Source of the DNA: Blasia pusilla
Taxonomy: Eukaryota
Assembly: GCA_050084515.1 (NCBI GenBank)
Contig: CM114271.1
Coordinates: forward strand, 8,618,001-8,682,000
Length of the DNA stretch: 64,000 bases
Reading direction: 5' to 3'
The position numbers were made by a program, and so were the translations under genes. The notes under the pieces are model-generated. The model was not told the origin of the DNA. It saw only the letters and a list, made by a program, of their open reading frames with translations, and did not search any database. Shown here in pieces: positions 13,310-30,713 of this stretch. The number at the start of each line of letters is the position of its first letter. Positions within the stretch are counted from its first letter, which is position 1.

Positions 13310-16300
13310 TTGATATCCGCGTCGGAGAGTCCTACCGTAGTCACGATGGAGACTTGGGAGCGAGATATGGGCCCTAAGCTCACAAGAGGAGAGCGGCGCC
13401 GGATACATCAATTCCTCATGAGTTGTAGGAGCTGCTTTGCATTTAGCATGGAGGATTTGGGTACGTTGAAAGGACCGGGGATCCGCATTGAGTTGTCGAG
13501 TGATACGCCGATCTTTCGGAGACCCTATAAGTACAGTGATATGGAAAGGGCTCTATTCAGAGTAGGAGCCAGGACTAGTGGAGATGTTGCATGGGGAGTA
13601 TGCATTTGCCATTGTCATGCCCGCCAATAAGGATGTACATGGCAACTAGATGGATAGGCGACTGTGTAGGGATTACTGACCTATCAATTGGCAAAAGAAG
13701 TCCAATAGGTATGCCATGCCCACCGTTGAGGAGATCTTTGATGCGATTGGTCACGCAAAGGTCTTCAGTTCATTGGATTTGCGAGCTGGATACCATCAGT
13801 TGCTTATCAGATTGGAGGACAAGCAGAAGACAGCATTTTGGGGCATCGATCCTCACGGGAAAGATTGTTTGTACCAGTGGCGGTTCTTACCATTTGGGTT
13901 AAAGAACGCCTCGACGGAGTTTCAAAGGGTCATGGATAGAATCTTGGATGGTGTGGATTTTGCTGTGTGTTATATTGATGACATTATAGTCTTTGGCGCC
14001 ACGGTTGAGGAGCATGAGCAACGATTGCAATTACATGGGCTGAAGCTACATCCAGGCAAGTGCAAGTTCTTCTACGACCTGATTGAGTACTTGGGTCATA
14101 CGATATACCCAGGGGGCCTTGGTGTTCAGCAGACAAAGGTAGAGGCTATCTCACGCATTCCATGCCCTACAGATGTGAGCCGTGCTCGCGCATTCATGGG
14201 ATTGGTGAACTTCTATCGGTGGTACGTCAAGGGATTCACTTCGATTGTGCAGCCGCTAACCTTGCTGACCAAGGTGGATCACAAGTGGCACTGGGCGGAT
14301 AAGCAAGAGCAAGCATTTCAGTTGCTCAAGGACAAGTTGACGTCTGCGCCCATCTTGAGGAGACCGATCACGGGGCGTCCTTTCCATTTGCACATAGATT
14401 GGAGCATGTTGGGGCTTGAAACAGTGCTCACCCAGCATGATGATGAGGGTAGAGAGTTCATGGTGGCTTACGCTAACTGCTCAAACAACGCTGTAGAGGC
14501 AAAGTACAGCTCGTATGAGGGTGAGTGCTTGGATGTAGTGTGGGCTGTCGCACATTTCAGGTGGTACTTATTCGGAAACCCCTTTACCATCATCACTAAT
14601 CATCAACCACTGAAGTGGTTGATAGAGTCCGACAAGCTTACAGGGAAGCTTGTGAAATGGGCTCTGTTGTTGCACGAGTATGATTTTCAGGTGGTACATA
14701 GACTTGGGACGCTTAACCAGAATGCAGATAGATTGAGTCGTAACCCGTGCCCGAGTTAGCGAGATGCGACTGGAGCTCGATGGCATGGAGAGAGTGATGA
14801 GGAGTTAGTGCCAGGATGGCACGCGACAGCCTATTTAGGCATGTTGGCTATGGAGAGCCAGAGTGTGGAGACTTCAATGGCAAGGTCTAGTGGAGAGTCC
14901 TTGGATCCTGAGGCTAGTGAGGAGAGCACATGTGGCCGAGATATTCATGATGATGGAGTAGTCTTGGAGTACCATCGTACTCGCAGCGTTGTGAGCACCG
15001 TGGGTGCTAGAGAGCGGGACCGGATCCTACAGCGGGCCAGACGGTTCCGTTGGGAGGGGACACATGTTTTGAGGATTTGGGAGGATGGCACTGTACGCAT
15101 AGTGCCGCAACCTTTGTAGAGAGCACAACAAGTGCAGCATGCCCAGGAGGAGTTGGGTCACTTTGGGGTGAAGCGGACATACAGCTTGCTCTAGATTCTG
15201 TATTGGTGGAGAGGCATGCAGACTGACGTTCAGCAGTTTGTTGCCAGATGCATGGTGTGTGATCGGGTCCGAGCATCGTTGAATGCTCCGATTCCACAGT
15301 TGCATCCATTACCTATCATGGGCTTAGGGTATAGATGGAGTTTGGATTTTGCAGGACCTTTGCCTTTGACGGAGCGTCACAATCGTTATGTGTTGGTGAT
15401 GGTTGAGCACTTCTCGAAGTGAATCGAGTTGGTTGCATTTCCTGACAAAGTGAGTGAGAGAGTAGCTTATGCCTTCCTTGATAGAGTGATGAGTCATTAT
15501 GGCACACCGGCTGAGGTGTTCATAGATCATGGTACCGAGTTTCATGGTGAGTTCCACGCCTTGTGTGATCAGGCGATGATCGACCACCACACAACTTCAT
15601 GAGATCATCTTGAGGCGGATGGATAAGCAGAGAGAGTTGTGCAGACGGTGAAGAGGGGTTTACGCAAGTATGGCTTGCAAAGAGGTCACGTAGGAGATTG
15701 GGATCTCCAATTGCCATGGTTGGCGATGGGATACATATTTACCAGGCACACATCCTTAGCATCTTTTTCCCCGTACTTGCTACTTTGTGGTCGAGAGCCA
15801 GATTTACCTGCGGCCATTTGTCGAGATGCTGGTGAGGTGCTGGACCTTTATGACCTAGATGTATGGATCCGAGCATGTTCTCAGAGGGCTAAGTTGTTTC
15901 GGAGAGTGATGCCCATGGCGTTTGAGACCTTGGCGATTGTGCATCATGGGGATACGTTGAGGTATGCAACTATTTGGGGTGGTGGTTATCAACCAACCAT
16001 TTAGAGGTTTCATCAAGGAGATTATGTCTACTTGCAGCAGACGGCACCCACGACGTTGGATGTGACTGCAGGGCGCACTATCTTGAGAGTGCGTGACGTT
16101 TTGCCATCTGGTATTCTCTTGCTGGAGGGACACGATGGTATGGTATGGAAGGACCATGTGCCTAATTTTGCGCCATGTCACCTTCCTAACATTGATGGTA
16201 CAGTAGATCCGAGCTTAGCAGTAGTTCCTATAGGCTTGCGTTGTATGTTGTGTGGTTCTGCTCGTGGTGCGGCCACAATGCTAGTATGTGATGGATGTTC

Positions 16301-16382
16301 GAGAGGTTGGCATATGGCGTGTCTGAAGCCACCTCTCATTGGGGTTCCTCGGGGACAATGGATGTGTCCCAGATGTACATAG
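13310..16382 (+). pseudogene. RT, RNase H, integrase and C-terminal PHD finger of B1
   Basis: SLDLRAGYHQ, LPFGLKNA, YIDD; RNase H YSSYEGEC and NQNADRLSR; integrase H2C2 (LGHFG...CMVC) and WSLDFAGP; C4HC3 PHD at the end. Confidence 0.93.
16242..16376 (+). other. PHD finger at the integrase C-terminus of B1
   Basis: CMLC-x10-VCDGC-RGWHMAC-LKPPL..VPRGQWMCPRC, a complete C4HC3 ligand set. Confidence 0.92.
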
Positions 16383-16570
16383 AGGAGATACTACGTAGGT
16401 TTTGATTCCAACTTTTTCCGTGATATGGATGACAGGAAAGCGACTAACAATGGGGCCACATGAGCACTTGGCCTTTATGCTCTTAGCGTCCTAGAGATGT
16501 ATGTCATGGTAGGTAGGGATAGATGGCTATCTAGAGTTAGAGAGACCTAACCACCAGCTAGGGGGGCGAT

Positions 16571-16696
16571 TGGAGATATTTTAGTACTTCTTCTCTCGTT
16601 GTTTGGATGCCATGAGTTAGCATGGGATCGTACGTGTTTGTGTGTGTGTTCGGTGACAGCGATGTATGTTATGTAGTGATGTGTATGTGCACGACA
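16571..16696 (+). repeat. Internally deleted family B LTR (TG plus the last 124 bp)
   Basis: Directly follows the PPT; 16573-16696 is a close copy of 17216-17339. Confidence 0.8.
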
Positions 16697-16698
16697 AT

Positions 16699-17339
16699 TG
16701 TCACGTCTTTTAGGATAGATTGGTGAGATCTAGTAGAGCACCTTCGTGAGTAGTGGAGGACAGGATCAGTAGGTCGAGGATGACCTGCTGAGGCCCCGGG
16801 AAACCTGAGAGAGCAGGTTTCCTTTTGTTCAGCTCATTTGGAGCCATATTGAGCAACTTACTATTTTAGGTAAGTTCCATTTTGAGTATATTATGGACTT
16901 TCTATTTTTTGTAAGTGGCCCTTGACCTTCTACATCAGATCAAGAGCCAAGGAGGTGACTTGGAAGAATAGGTTACCATGGAGAGAGCTTGGGAGAGGGG
17001 AGGGGTATACCTCAAAGAGAGAGAGTTTGAGAGCTCATTCTCTCTTTGTTAAACCTCTTAGCATGAGGCGGCGGAGCTATGCTCCCTTGCCCTGTGAGTG
17101 TAACCCAAGCCTCTCATTAGGAAAGTGGGTTTGGTTTGACGTGAGAGAGAGTGCACACCTTTGAGAGCTATGGTGTGAGATGGTGTAGAGAGAGAGATTG
17201 CATCTTACTTTATAAGAGATATTTTAGTATTTCTTGTCTCGTTGTTTGGATGCCATGAGTTAGCTTGGGATCGTGCGTGTTTGTGTGTGTGTTTGGTGAC
17301 AACGATGTATGTTGTGTAGCGATGTGTATATGCACGACA
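16699..17339 (+). repeat. Family B LTR (~640 bp)
   Basis: TGTCACG...GCACGACA termini; family D coding sequence begins immediately after 17339. Confidence 0.8.
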
Positions 17340-20300
17340 TCTAATACGGGCATAATGAGACCCATCATCCATGACTTTGGTCTCCATTCTAGATGTTATG
17401 ATGTAAGGCTGCCCAAGAATCACAAGATAAGCAACTCCATTGTGAACAAACAAAGTTTGCTCAATCAACACATCTCTTATCCAAGTTTTGACGAATGGAC
17501 AAGCACCTCAGAGTTAATATTTTTGGTTGTTAGCCGCATGTAGTATCCATCCATGCCCTATATCAATTGGACACATCCCTTTATCGTATATACTTCACGA
17601 TATGATGTTGATCTTCGAACCATGATCAAGGAGAGCCAGAACTGACTCTTGGAGAGAGCCAAGTTGAACTCTAGCCTTTGTCGTTGCACGCGCCCAATAT
17701 GACCAAGAATAGTGTCCACCATTGTGCATTTTCTTCACCTTGTTCTGTCAAGGCTTCTCCTACTCTCTCTTCTTCTCCTTTTAAGTCAAGCTTTTGTCCA
17801 AAAACTTGGCAAAGTTCTTCATCTTCTTCTTCTATGATGTCAGTATCCAATGCCCTCACCATCACCGTATCTGCAGTAATCTGCCTTTTTCTTTTGATCA
17901 CATCTATGATCAACTTATGAAAGTCACGTCTGGCTATGCCCAAGACGTCCCTCAAAGAAAAATCTATTTTTGCATCCAAAATCCTCTCCTCAAGAATCTC
18001 CTTCAAATTCGTGCTTGTCTCTATATCAGACTGCAACTTGTATGTAGGAGTCTTACCCTTGGTCTTCTGAGAAGACCTAAATTCTTTCTCATGCATTCCA
18101 CCTTCTTTCATATGAGAATCCATCATAGATTCATATGTAGAAGGCCCTTCTTCTCTTGATGCCTGCGTCTCTGGTTGCCCTTTCCTTCTTGCGGTCCTCG
18201 CTCTTCTTGCAGCTTCTTCAGGATCAACACCATCATTTTCGTATCTCCTCTTCTCCTCCACACTAGCATCTTGCCAACTCACATGTTTCTCTTGTGCTAG
18301 GTATGCTTTAACAATCCTAGCTTCCACTGGATCATCCCATCTAGTCACGTGGCGGATAGTCTCTGCCCCTCGGAGCATCACTTCTCGAGGAAATTCTAAT
18401 GATTCACTTTTAGCTACAGATACAATAGGCACTTCTATTTTTAATTCAAAGGTATCAAAATCTTATGTTCTAGTGGCAACTCCTACTTGACCTCTCACTA
18501 ACCTTTTCATTCCTCCTCTACCAAAGTTCGTATTCAACAACATATCAGTCTGCGTTGAATGAATCTTCCCATCTTTGAAGTTTAGTATTCCATTCCTAAG
18601 AGCTTCTGTAATCTCCTCACATTCTCGACGTTGATGCTCAACACTATCACACCATAAACATCTTCTCACAAAGTTCCTACTTGTCGAAGGAGCACCAACA
18701 CTAGGATTCCTATCAAGTTTAAGCTCAACCATTTCTACTCTCAATTCTCTCAAACCTTTCACCAACTCATCAATTTTAGAATCTTCAAGCTTTGCTAACA
18801 TGGGCTTAGGCAATGGATTTGAAATTGATACCTCCAACTCAAATAGTGCGGTTCTACCTCTACTTTGACTTTGCTTTGTGAGGATAGCAACAGCTTCTAC
18901 CACTTTCTTCCAATTAGTGTTGGCACCTCCTTCTTCGGTCTTATTTGCCAACATTATGAAAAGCTTGTCCTCCAAATTCTCATCCGCCGTTTCAAGGAAC
19001 AACTCGGTTTTCCTCAAGTCTAGAGTTGCCCTTTCGTAAGAAGAAAGTTGAAAAACCCGCTTCTCAAACTCGCGCAAAAATTCTTTTGGAGTCATTCCCT
19101 TCCTCGGATGTTGCTCTATCCATTCTAGAAAACTCCTCTTAGTCACCCGATCCACATGATCATCGAAGAATTGTCCTTTAAGCAACTGCTCATACTCCTC
19201 CCAGGACGTTCCATTTTATGCTCTCAACTTCTTTACTTGACTACGGATCTCTGGAATTACAACTAACTCAAAACTTGATACCATATCACCTTCGGGTAGA
19301 AAATTTACCTCCATCTCACAAAGGTACTCTCGAACATACTTGGCGATGTTCCTCCCATAAAATCTCCCCAACTTCTTTAAAATCCCTTGGAGAGTCCTTG
19401 TTGATCTTTGCTCTCCTATGTGAACTCCTCCTTGATGGCTCAACAATATTGTCAAAGTTTGGAGAAGATCCTCAACTCCCTTAGTTCCCATTGATGAAGT
19501 ACTTCCAAAAGGAGTCATCTTGATAAGACTCCAACTTGCAAACACAATCTACCGCCTCAAAGATCTCTTAGTGGAAGCATCATTTGCCGTGTCGAGAGCC
19601 TTTCTTCGAGTAAGGGCAGACCTTCTAGTTGCAACAGACGTGGTTGATGCAAGTTAAACTCTATAACAATTTCTACTTTTTCAATAAAATTTTATGTAAA
19701 CTCTTCATTCTCTCACGATAGGAATCACAAATGGTAGTGCCTAGGCAATTACTTCTTTAACACATGAAACCCCGAAATTCCTAACTATGAAATCCCTCTA
19801 AACTACTTTACGTTTGTACACAAGAAAAATAGCATAACTAGTGTTAAACCCTACTTGAGCAGGCCTATTGACGTCCATGGATAGCTATATAAGGACATAC
19901 AAAGTGCAATCCCATGTCCTTCCGTATATGACTATAGGAAGAAAAATACTGGAGTTGGAGATTGCATGATTTGGTTCATGAACGCCTCCCCAAAGTGATA
20001 AACTAGATAGCGAGTGAACTAGTGCCTATCTACAAAGAGAATCTTGACGAGGTACGGGTTAAGAAAAGGAAAATCCGGCACAACTCGTGCTCCATCTCTA
20101 TCCATATTTGACAAACATCTTCTACTCTCCTCTAGAATGGGATTTGGCGGAGTTGCTCTCCCAAGAGGGGTAATCCACTCTCATTGGGAAAATAATAAGC
20201 CAAACCATTCTTTATTTCTAGTATGACTAAACTCATCCAAGGTGACAAGTATCTCATCTCCACACATACCACACTCTAAAAAAAGCTTGAAGATTAGACC

Positions 20301-20852
20301 AAGGTCAAGTTACTCTCCCAAGAGGGGTAATCCACTCTCATTGGAAAACCAAGCAATCCCAAAGCCATACACTCAAGAGTGACACAAGAGACTCGAGATG
20401 TGAAGTAGAAGGTGATGAACCCTTGAAGGTCCCTCCTTTTTATAGACTTACAAGGGTACCAAATAGGGCTAATCTTATCTTGTGCCACATGGTTTCCTCT
20501 CAAGGCTTAGCCAATCACATTTTGACATAAGTAGATTACCTCTTATTTCTTCCAAAATATCCTCTTTTACTCTCTTCATATCTTCCAAACTACCCCACCA
20601 ATCCTAGCCACCAACCAAAACTACATTTGCTTTTATTTTATTAAAGCATCAACCCTACTTCTTACTTTGCTAATCCCATCTTTTATTTACTATCTCTTTT
20701 CCTAAAGTTGGGCCCGCGCAAATGAGTCATCCTAAAAAGGTTCAAACATGAGAATTTCATTTTCCTAAGCTAATTTACTTAATAAAAATAAAACTCTCTC
20801 TAACACTTAATGATAGAGGAGTTTACATAGCTGATGATTTTACTATATGATA
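17340..20852 (-). mobile_element. LTR retrotransposon family D (probably Gypsy), copy D1: LTR 19585-20852, PBS, gag, protease; cut by B1
   Basis: gag ORFs 19216, 18463 and 17671 with knuckle CLWCDSVEHQRREC; protease LLDHGS and ILGQPY; LTR homologous to 34926-36198 and 59966-61150. Confidence 0.88.
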
Positions 20853-22170
20853 TTGGTAAAATTGGACCGCTCCGACGAATCTCCTCATCCCCTTAACATT
20901 GGAAGGCGGTTCCCATTCAGAAATCGCGCTTACCTTCTCCATGTTTGGACTCAATCCATATGCACTAACCACATGCCTCAAAGACTTAATCTTTGTCAAA
21001 CACTCTTGTCCGCATTCGCATACAGCTTGTTCGCCCTGAGTTTCTCAAACACTGTCTTCAAATGTCGAGCGTGCTCCTCTAGTGTTTTCAAATAGATGAG
21101 TATGTCATCTATGTAGATGATCATATACTCATCTGTCTCCTTATAAAAGAAGGAGTTCATCAAAGTGGTGAACGTCGGAGGCACATTACATAAACCAAAA
21201 GGCATTGCCACAAACTTGAACGAATCGTATCTCGTCTTATACGCAGTCTTCTCTACATCCACTTCCGCAATCCGAATATGATAATATCATGATTTCAGGT
21301 CAATCCTACTAAAATACTTGGCACCTAACAATCGATTAAAGAGGTCATCCATCCTCGGAAGAGGATAGTTTTTCCTTATCGTCATTTAATTCATCGCCCG
21401 ATAATCAACACAGAGTTTCAACTTTCCATCCTTCTTCTTCACAAAGAGAACGGATGCTCCATAAGGTGACTTGCTAGTTTGGATGTAACCCCTTTCTAAG
21501 AGTTTATCCAACTGTTTCTTCAACTCTGTAAGTTCCCCTTGATTCAACCTATATCGTGCCTTTGAAGATGGTCGAGATCCGGGTGTCACCTCTATCTTAT
21601 GATCAACCGCCCTATGTGGTGGCAACTTAGTCGGAAGCTCCTTAGTAAAAACATCATCAAATTCTCTCAAAAATCTCTTGAGTGGTTCAGGGATTTCCCT
21701 TGAAGTTGAGTGATGATGTCTACATCTCGCGCTTGCGTCATCCTCTACTTGTCTCATCAAGCTAAGAAAGCCTTCCTCTTATTTGGTCGAACTCGTTCTT
21801 GTGATGGCATTCACCAACTCCGTCTTCCTAGGAACCTCACGAACCAATCTGACGTGCATCCGTTTGCCGTTTACCAAGACGCTCAACCTTAAAGGTATTT
21901 GCCTCAGTTCCACCTCATATGCATCTAAGAATGTGTTCCCCAAGACTCCATTGATTCCGTCCATATCGCAGACTGTGAAATTCTCCTTTAACTCGAATAC
22001 TCCGCATCCCACAACTAGTCTTAAAACCAACTTTGAGGTCTAGTGGGACTTGCCTCCCGCAAAACCTACCCTAATGGGTTTGTCTGCCTTAGTGATTGGA
22101 AATCCCAACGCCTTCACGATTCTCAGGCTCAAGAAGGAGAGCAAAGCACTTGTATTAACGAGCAACATCA
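20853..22170 (-). mobile_element. Ty3/Gypsy family E (chromovirus-like), protease-RT part
   Basis: DHKIEVTPGS...SPYGASVLFVKKKDGKLKLCVDYRAMN, MPFGLCN, YIDD. The protease reading joins 41652 across the CACTA insertion. Confidence 0.88.
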
Positions 22171-22654
22171 CACTAGTAGAAAAGGGGTCATTTTAAACCC
22201 ATATCATTGTGACTCATTTTACTTAAAGTCATTTTAATTACTCTTATTTACTCCGAAACCGATATTGTGACTTGAGAATTACTCACATGGTAGGGGAGTC
22301 ACAATTTGATATTTATTTAACAACATGAAAACATATAGGAAGCCACTTTAACTTGTATATCAATGTTTAAAACCCAGTCATGTAAAGAGCAAAATGAACA
22401 TTTTATTTCTTCTCTCTATCTTCCAAAGAATGACGTGGATCATCTAACCTACAACTACAGTAGTATGAAGAAAATGACTAAAACTTGTTAAAAGATAGAG
22501 AAAGAAGTAAGAGATATGAAGGTAAGGGAAATAGTGTTTAGGCCCTAAACCCTCTTGAGGTTCAAAAACCCTAACATCACTAGTACACATTTCCCCCCTC
22601 CCTCGTGCCCCAACTCTCTATCTCTCTTCCAACTTGTGACGGGTCGAGCTTCCT

Positions 22655-27720
<5,066 letters not shown>

Positions 27721-28399
27721 AAGTGTGAGTGGTGACCATAAAGCGTTGGTGCAGAGATTCAAGTGTTAGAACTTGGAGGGGTTCCACTCCAAGTTTTGAT
27801 ATCAAACAAACAAGTTTAGGTTTCACACTGGACGACAAGCCTTTTGGGAAAGAGAACGATGAGATTTTATAATCGTTGGTGGCTAGTAGAGCTTTGAAGG
27901 AGTCAGAGCATATAATAAGCAGGTATAAAAATCTGGAAGCTACGTTTGCCCTGGACGCGATTAAAAAGGTATGAAATCTGATTGAAATTCATGGGTTTTT
28001 TTCCTAGGAACTTATTGGATATCTTAATGGACATGTGCGTCATATAGTGCAATAACAAAAAACTTCCGTACAAAAAAAATCCCTCCTCAATATCAGAGAT
28101 CGCCTGTACCAATCCATGAAAAGATCCATAGGTGGATACTTGAGGCAGAGGTGGACGATATGTATGGTGACTTCTTTGTATACTTAGTTTTGAACTACTC
28201 TTTTGTACTTTAGTAAATATTTAGGGTATTAACTTGAATGGAGAGAGAAGTTTTGTTGTCATTAAATACCGGAATGTTGTAGCTTTGTGCACCATGGAGA
28301 GAGAAGTCTATAGAATGTAACATCCTTCATATCTCTGGATGGCATCAGAGTGATGGGGAGTGTTTCCTTTCAACCAATAGTCCAAAATGACTCAGGGTA

Positions 28400-28886
28400 C
28401 TTTTTGTCCAAATTAAGGAGCCTTCCTTTTGAAGTGAAGGTCAAGATCTTTACCATGAGCACGCCTACTAGTCTCTTGGACCGTATCCTTGCCCTCCCAT
28501 AATCTGCAAGGGCAAACATTTGTTACTTTCATGCTTACTCTGACCGTTATTCGACCCCAAATAAGCGACAAAGGCAGACTAGGAATTGGCTATTCCACTT
28601 AGAAGATCGCCACGTTTATGTGTGATTTGTAGACATTGTTATGTGGATGGAGGATAGAGGAGCACTATTAACATGGCTAATACTTGGGGTCACCCGCAAA
28701 GTCACTCTTCATATCTGTCATGATGGAGGGGGGATTCTCCCTGGGGGAGACAATCCCATTGTTAGGAAGGCACGATCCATCATTGAATATGCTAGTTCTA
28801 TTGGTGGCCACACGGTAGAGGTTATTCTTGAGTATTGTAATACTTGGGAAGTTGTAACCTCAGGGGACTTAGTATGCATTCGCTAA
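28400..28886 (+). pseudogene. Degenerate ORF in CACTA with possible F-box-like motif
   Basis: KLRSLPFEVKVKIF is in frame, through two stops, with ORF 28641-28886. Confidence 0.3.
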
Positions 28887-29286
28887 AGTCGTAGAACAAT
28901 TTGAGGGAAAATTTGCATATGTTGCCTAAACATATGCCGTAATGCTGGAGTATGGCAATGAGTTTGATCCGTAGCCTTACTTGAGGCCCTTCATATGGCC
29001 AATGGATAACATTTGTAATTGTAAACAATAAGAAAATAAGAGGATCCATTGTGAGAAAATAGAAAGATAAAATCACTGAAATTTTTACATAACTTAGAGA
29101 AACAAAGTAGCCTAGTCCGTCTGTGCGCTCACAGAAGAGCTTCGATGGAACCTGAACATGGAGATAACTCGACATACGAGAATGCGCAACCGCTGCGGCT
29201 CTCGACTATTTCACTACTTGGGAAACTAGGGGTTTTACCTGATTTTTCTTTGTTTCTATTAATAAAAAAAATTTGCAAAAGGGATT

Positions 29287-29394
29287 AGCGTTACTAGGAT
29301 TCCCTAAACCCTAAACCCTAAACCCTAACCCTATATTGCATAAGGGTGCCCCACACCCTCATGCAATATAGGGTTAGATAATCCTAGTGACGCT
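29287..29394. repeat. Inverted repeat with three CCCTAAA telomeric units in one arm
   Basis: AGCGTTACTAGGATT pairs with AATCCTAGTGACGCT, and CTAACCCTATATTGCATAAGGGTG pairs with CACCCTCATGCAATATAGGGTTAG. Confidence 0.85.
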
Positions 29395-30059
29395 ACTTCT
29401 GAAACCACCTACATCATATTACTATGACTCCTCCGACGTCTAAGTCGAAACCATCAATCTAGGATTCTCCTCTTACAAGGGGGCTGATCTGATTAATGGT
29501 GCTCAGAGAAGTGGATGTTGAGAATCCAACAGTTGCCTAAACATATGCCGTGATGTTGTAGTATGTCAAATCCGTAGCTTAATTTGAGGCCCCTCATGTG
29601 GCAGACGGATAACATTTGTAATTATAAACATGAAGACAATAAGAGGATCCATTTTTGCCAGTCATGAATTGAGTCACCGTTAGTCACCGTTATTTGTCTT
29701 CATTGATGGAATTGGGCTTATTTTGAGGGGGCGTGATGTGTGTACACTCTTGACCTTGGACGATAAAAGACGCTATTATAGGGATGTATGCAACGAAATA
29801 ATTAATAAGAAGTAATGATTTCTATAGAAACAATTGCTTCTTATGCTACTTAACTTTAACTTGTTCTATGTACATGTACCAAAGGATTGACTATTGGAAA
29901 TCCGAGTATCGTGAAGGCAGGAGGTAACCTCCACATCCATTGACATCCATTTTAAAGCTTTTGTTTCTCATGCTTGAATCAATATCCATTGAATTTCTAC
30001 ACCTAATAATAATCTTATTGTCTTTTGTCTCAAAATGTAGGAGTAACCAACGTACAAGG

Positions 30060-30713
30060 ATGGCGCGCCCAGAGTACCAGGCCAAGAAAACCCCCGAGGT
30101 GAGCACTTATGTGCCATATAGTGCACTCCAGGTTGTGTAGAAGGCAACCCACATTTGTGCAATCTATGAAAATGGGGAAGACCTGGTTGTTTGCGACTGG
30201 CCTTATGCCAGACACTTCCATGCAACTACACAATCAGCGGGGGCTATAGAGAACTCTTGTCTAGGGGTCAACCTCCCACCAAACCATGAGGGGAGCTGGT
30301 TGTGCCAGGATTGTGTGAAGCAAATCGCCAGAATGTGCCAAGTGTGGTCTAGAGGGGAGTTTTGCAGAGAGCAAGGATTCTCGGGTTCGTGTGAGAAAGT
30401 GCCCAGATACCTCTTGTGTGAGGTTTTTTTGCTTTACTTGTTTGCGTACGGGAGTGGAGTCTTGCCCCATGCATTATTTCCTAGAATGCCATAAGAATGA
30501 TGAGGAGTTGTGGGAGGACATGGTCTATTGCCCTAGGTGCCCCACTGCATGGCATTGGACTTGAAGAAGGCTATGAGCAAGGGTTATGCATGCGATCGGA
30601 TTATATATGACCATGCTGCATGTGGTGAGGATAGGTGGTGGTTCTATTGCCACCAACACAGAGTTGATCCCACACTTCAGACTCCTTTGAGAGATCATAT
30701 TTCATGGATTTGA
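30060..30713 (+). pseudogene. EDM2-like composite PHD-finger module carried by the CACTA
   Basis: Manual translation across a stop and frameshifts: ICAIYENGEDLVVCDWPYARHFHAT...WLCQDC..CAKCG...KCPDTSCVRFF...CPMH...YCPRCPTAWH...YCHQHRVDPTLQTPLRDHI. This parallels the EDM2 PHD region as recalled. Confidence 0.75.

Larger units (their letters stand above)
7282..17339 (+). mobile_element. Ty3/Gypsy family B, copy B1: gag-PR-DNA methyltransferase-RT-RH-INT-PHD plus 3' LTR, interrupted by a family C fragment
   Basis: Domain motifs occur in this order on the + strand; PPT AGGGGGG at 16560-16566; LTR 16699-17339. The 5' part is cut by A1. Confidence 0.92.
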
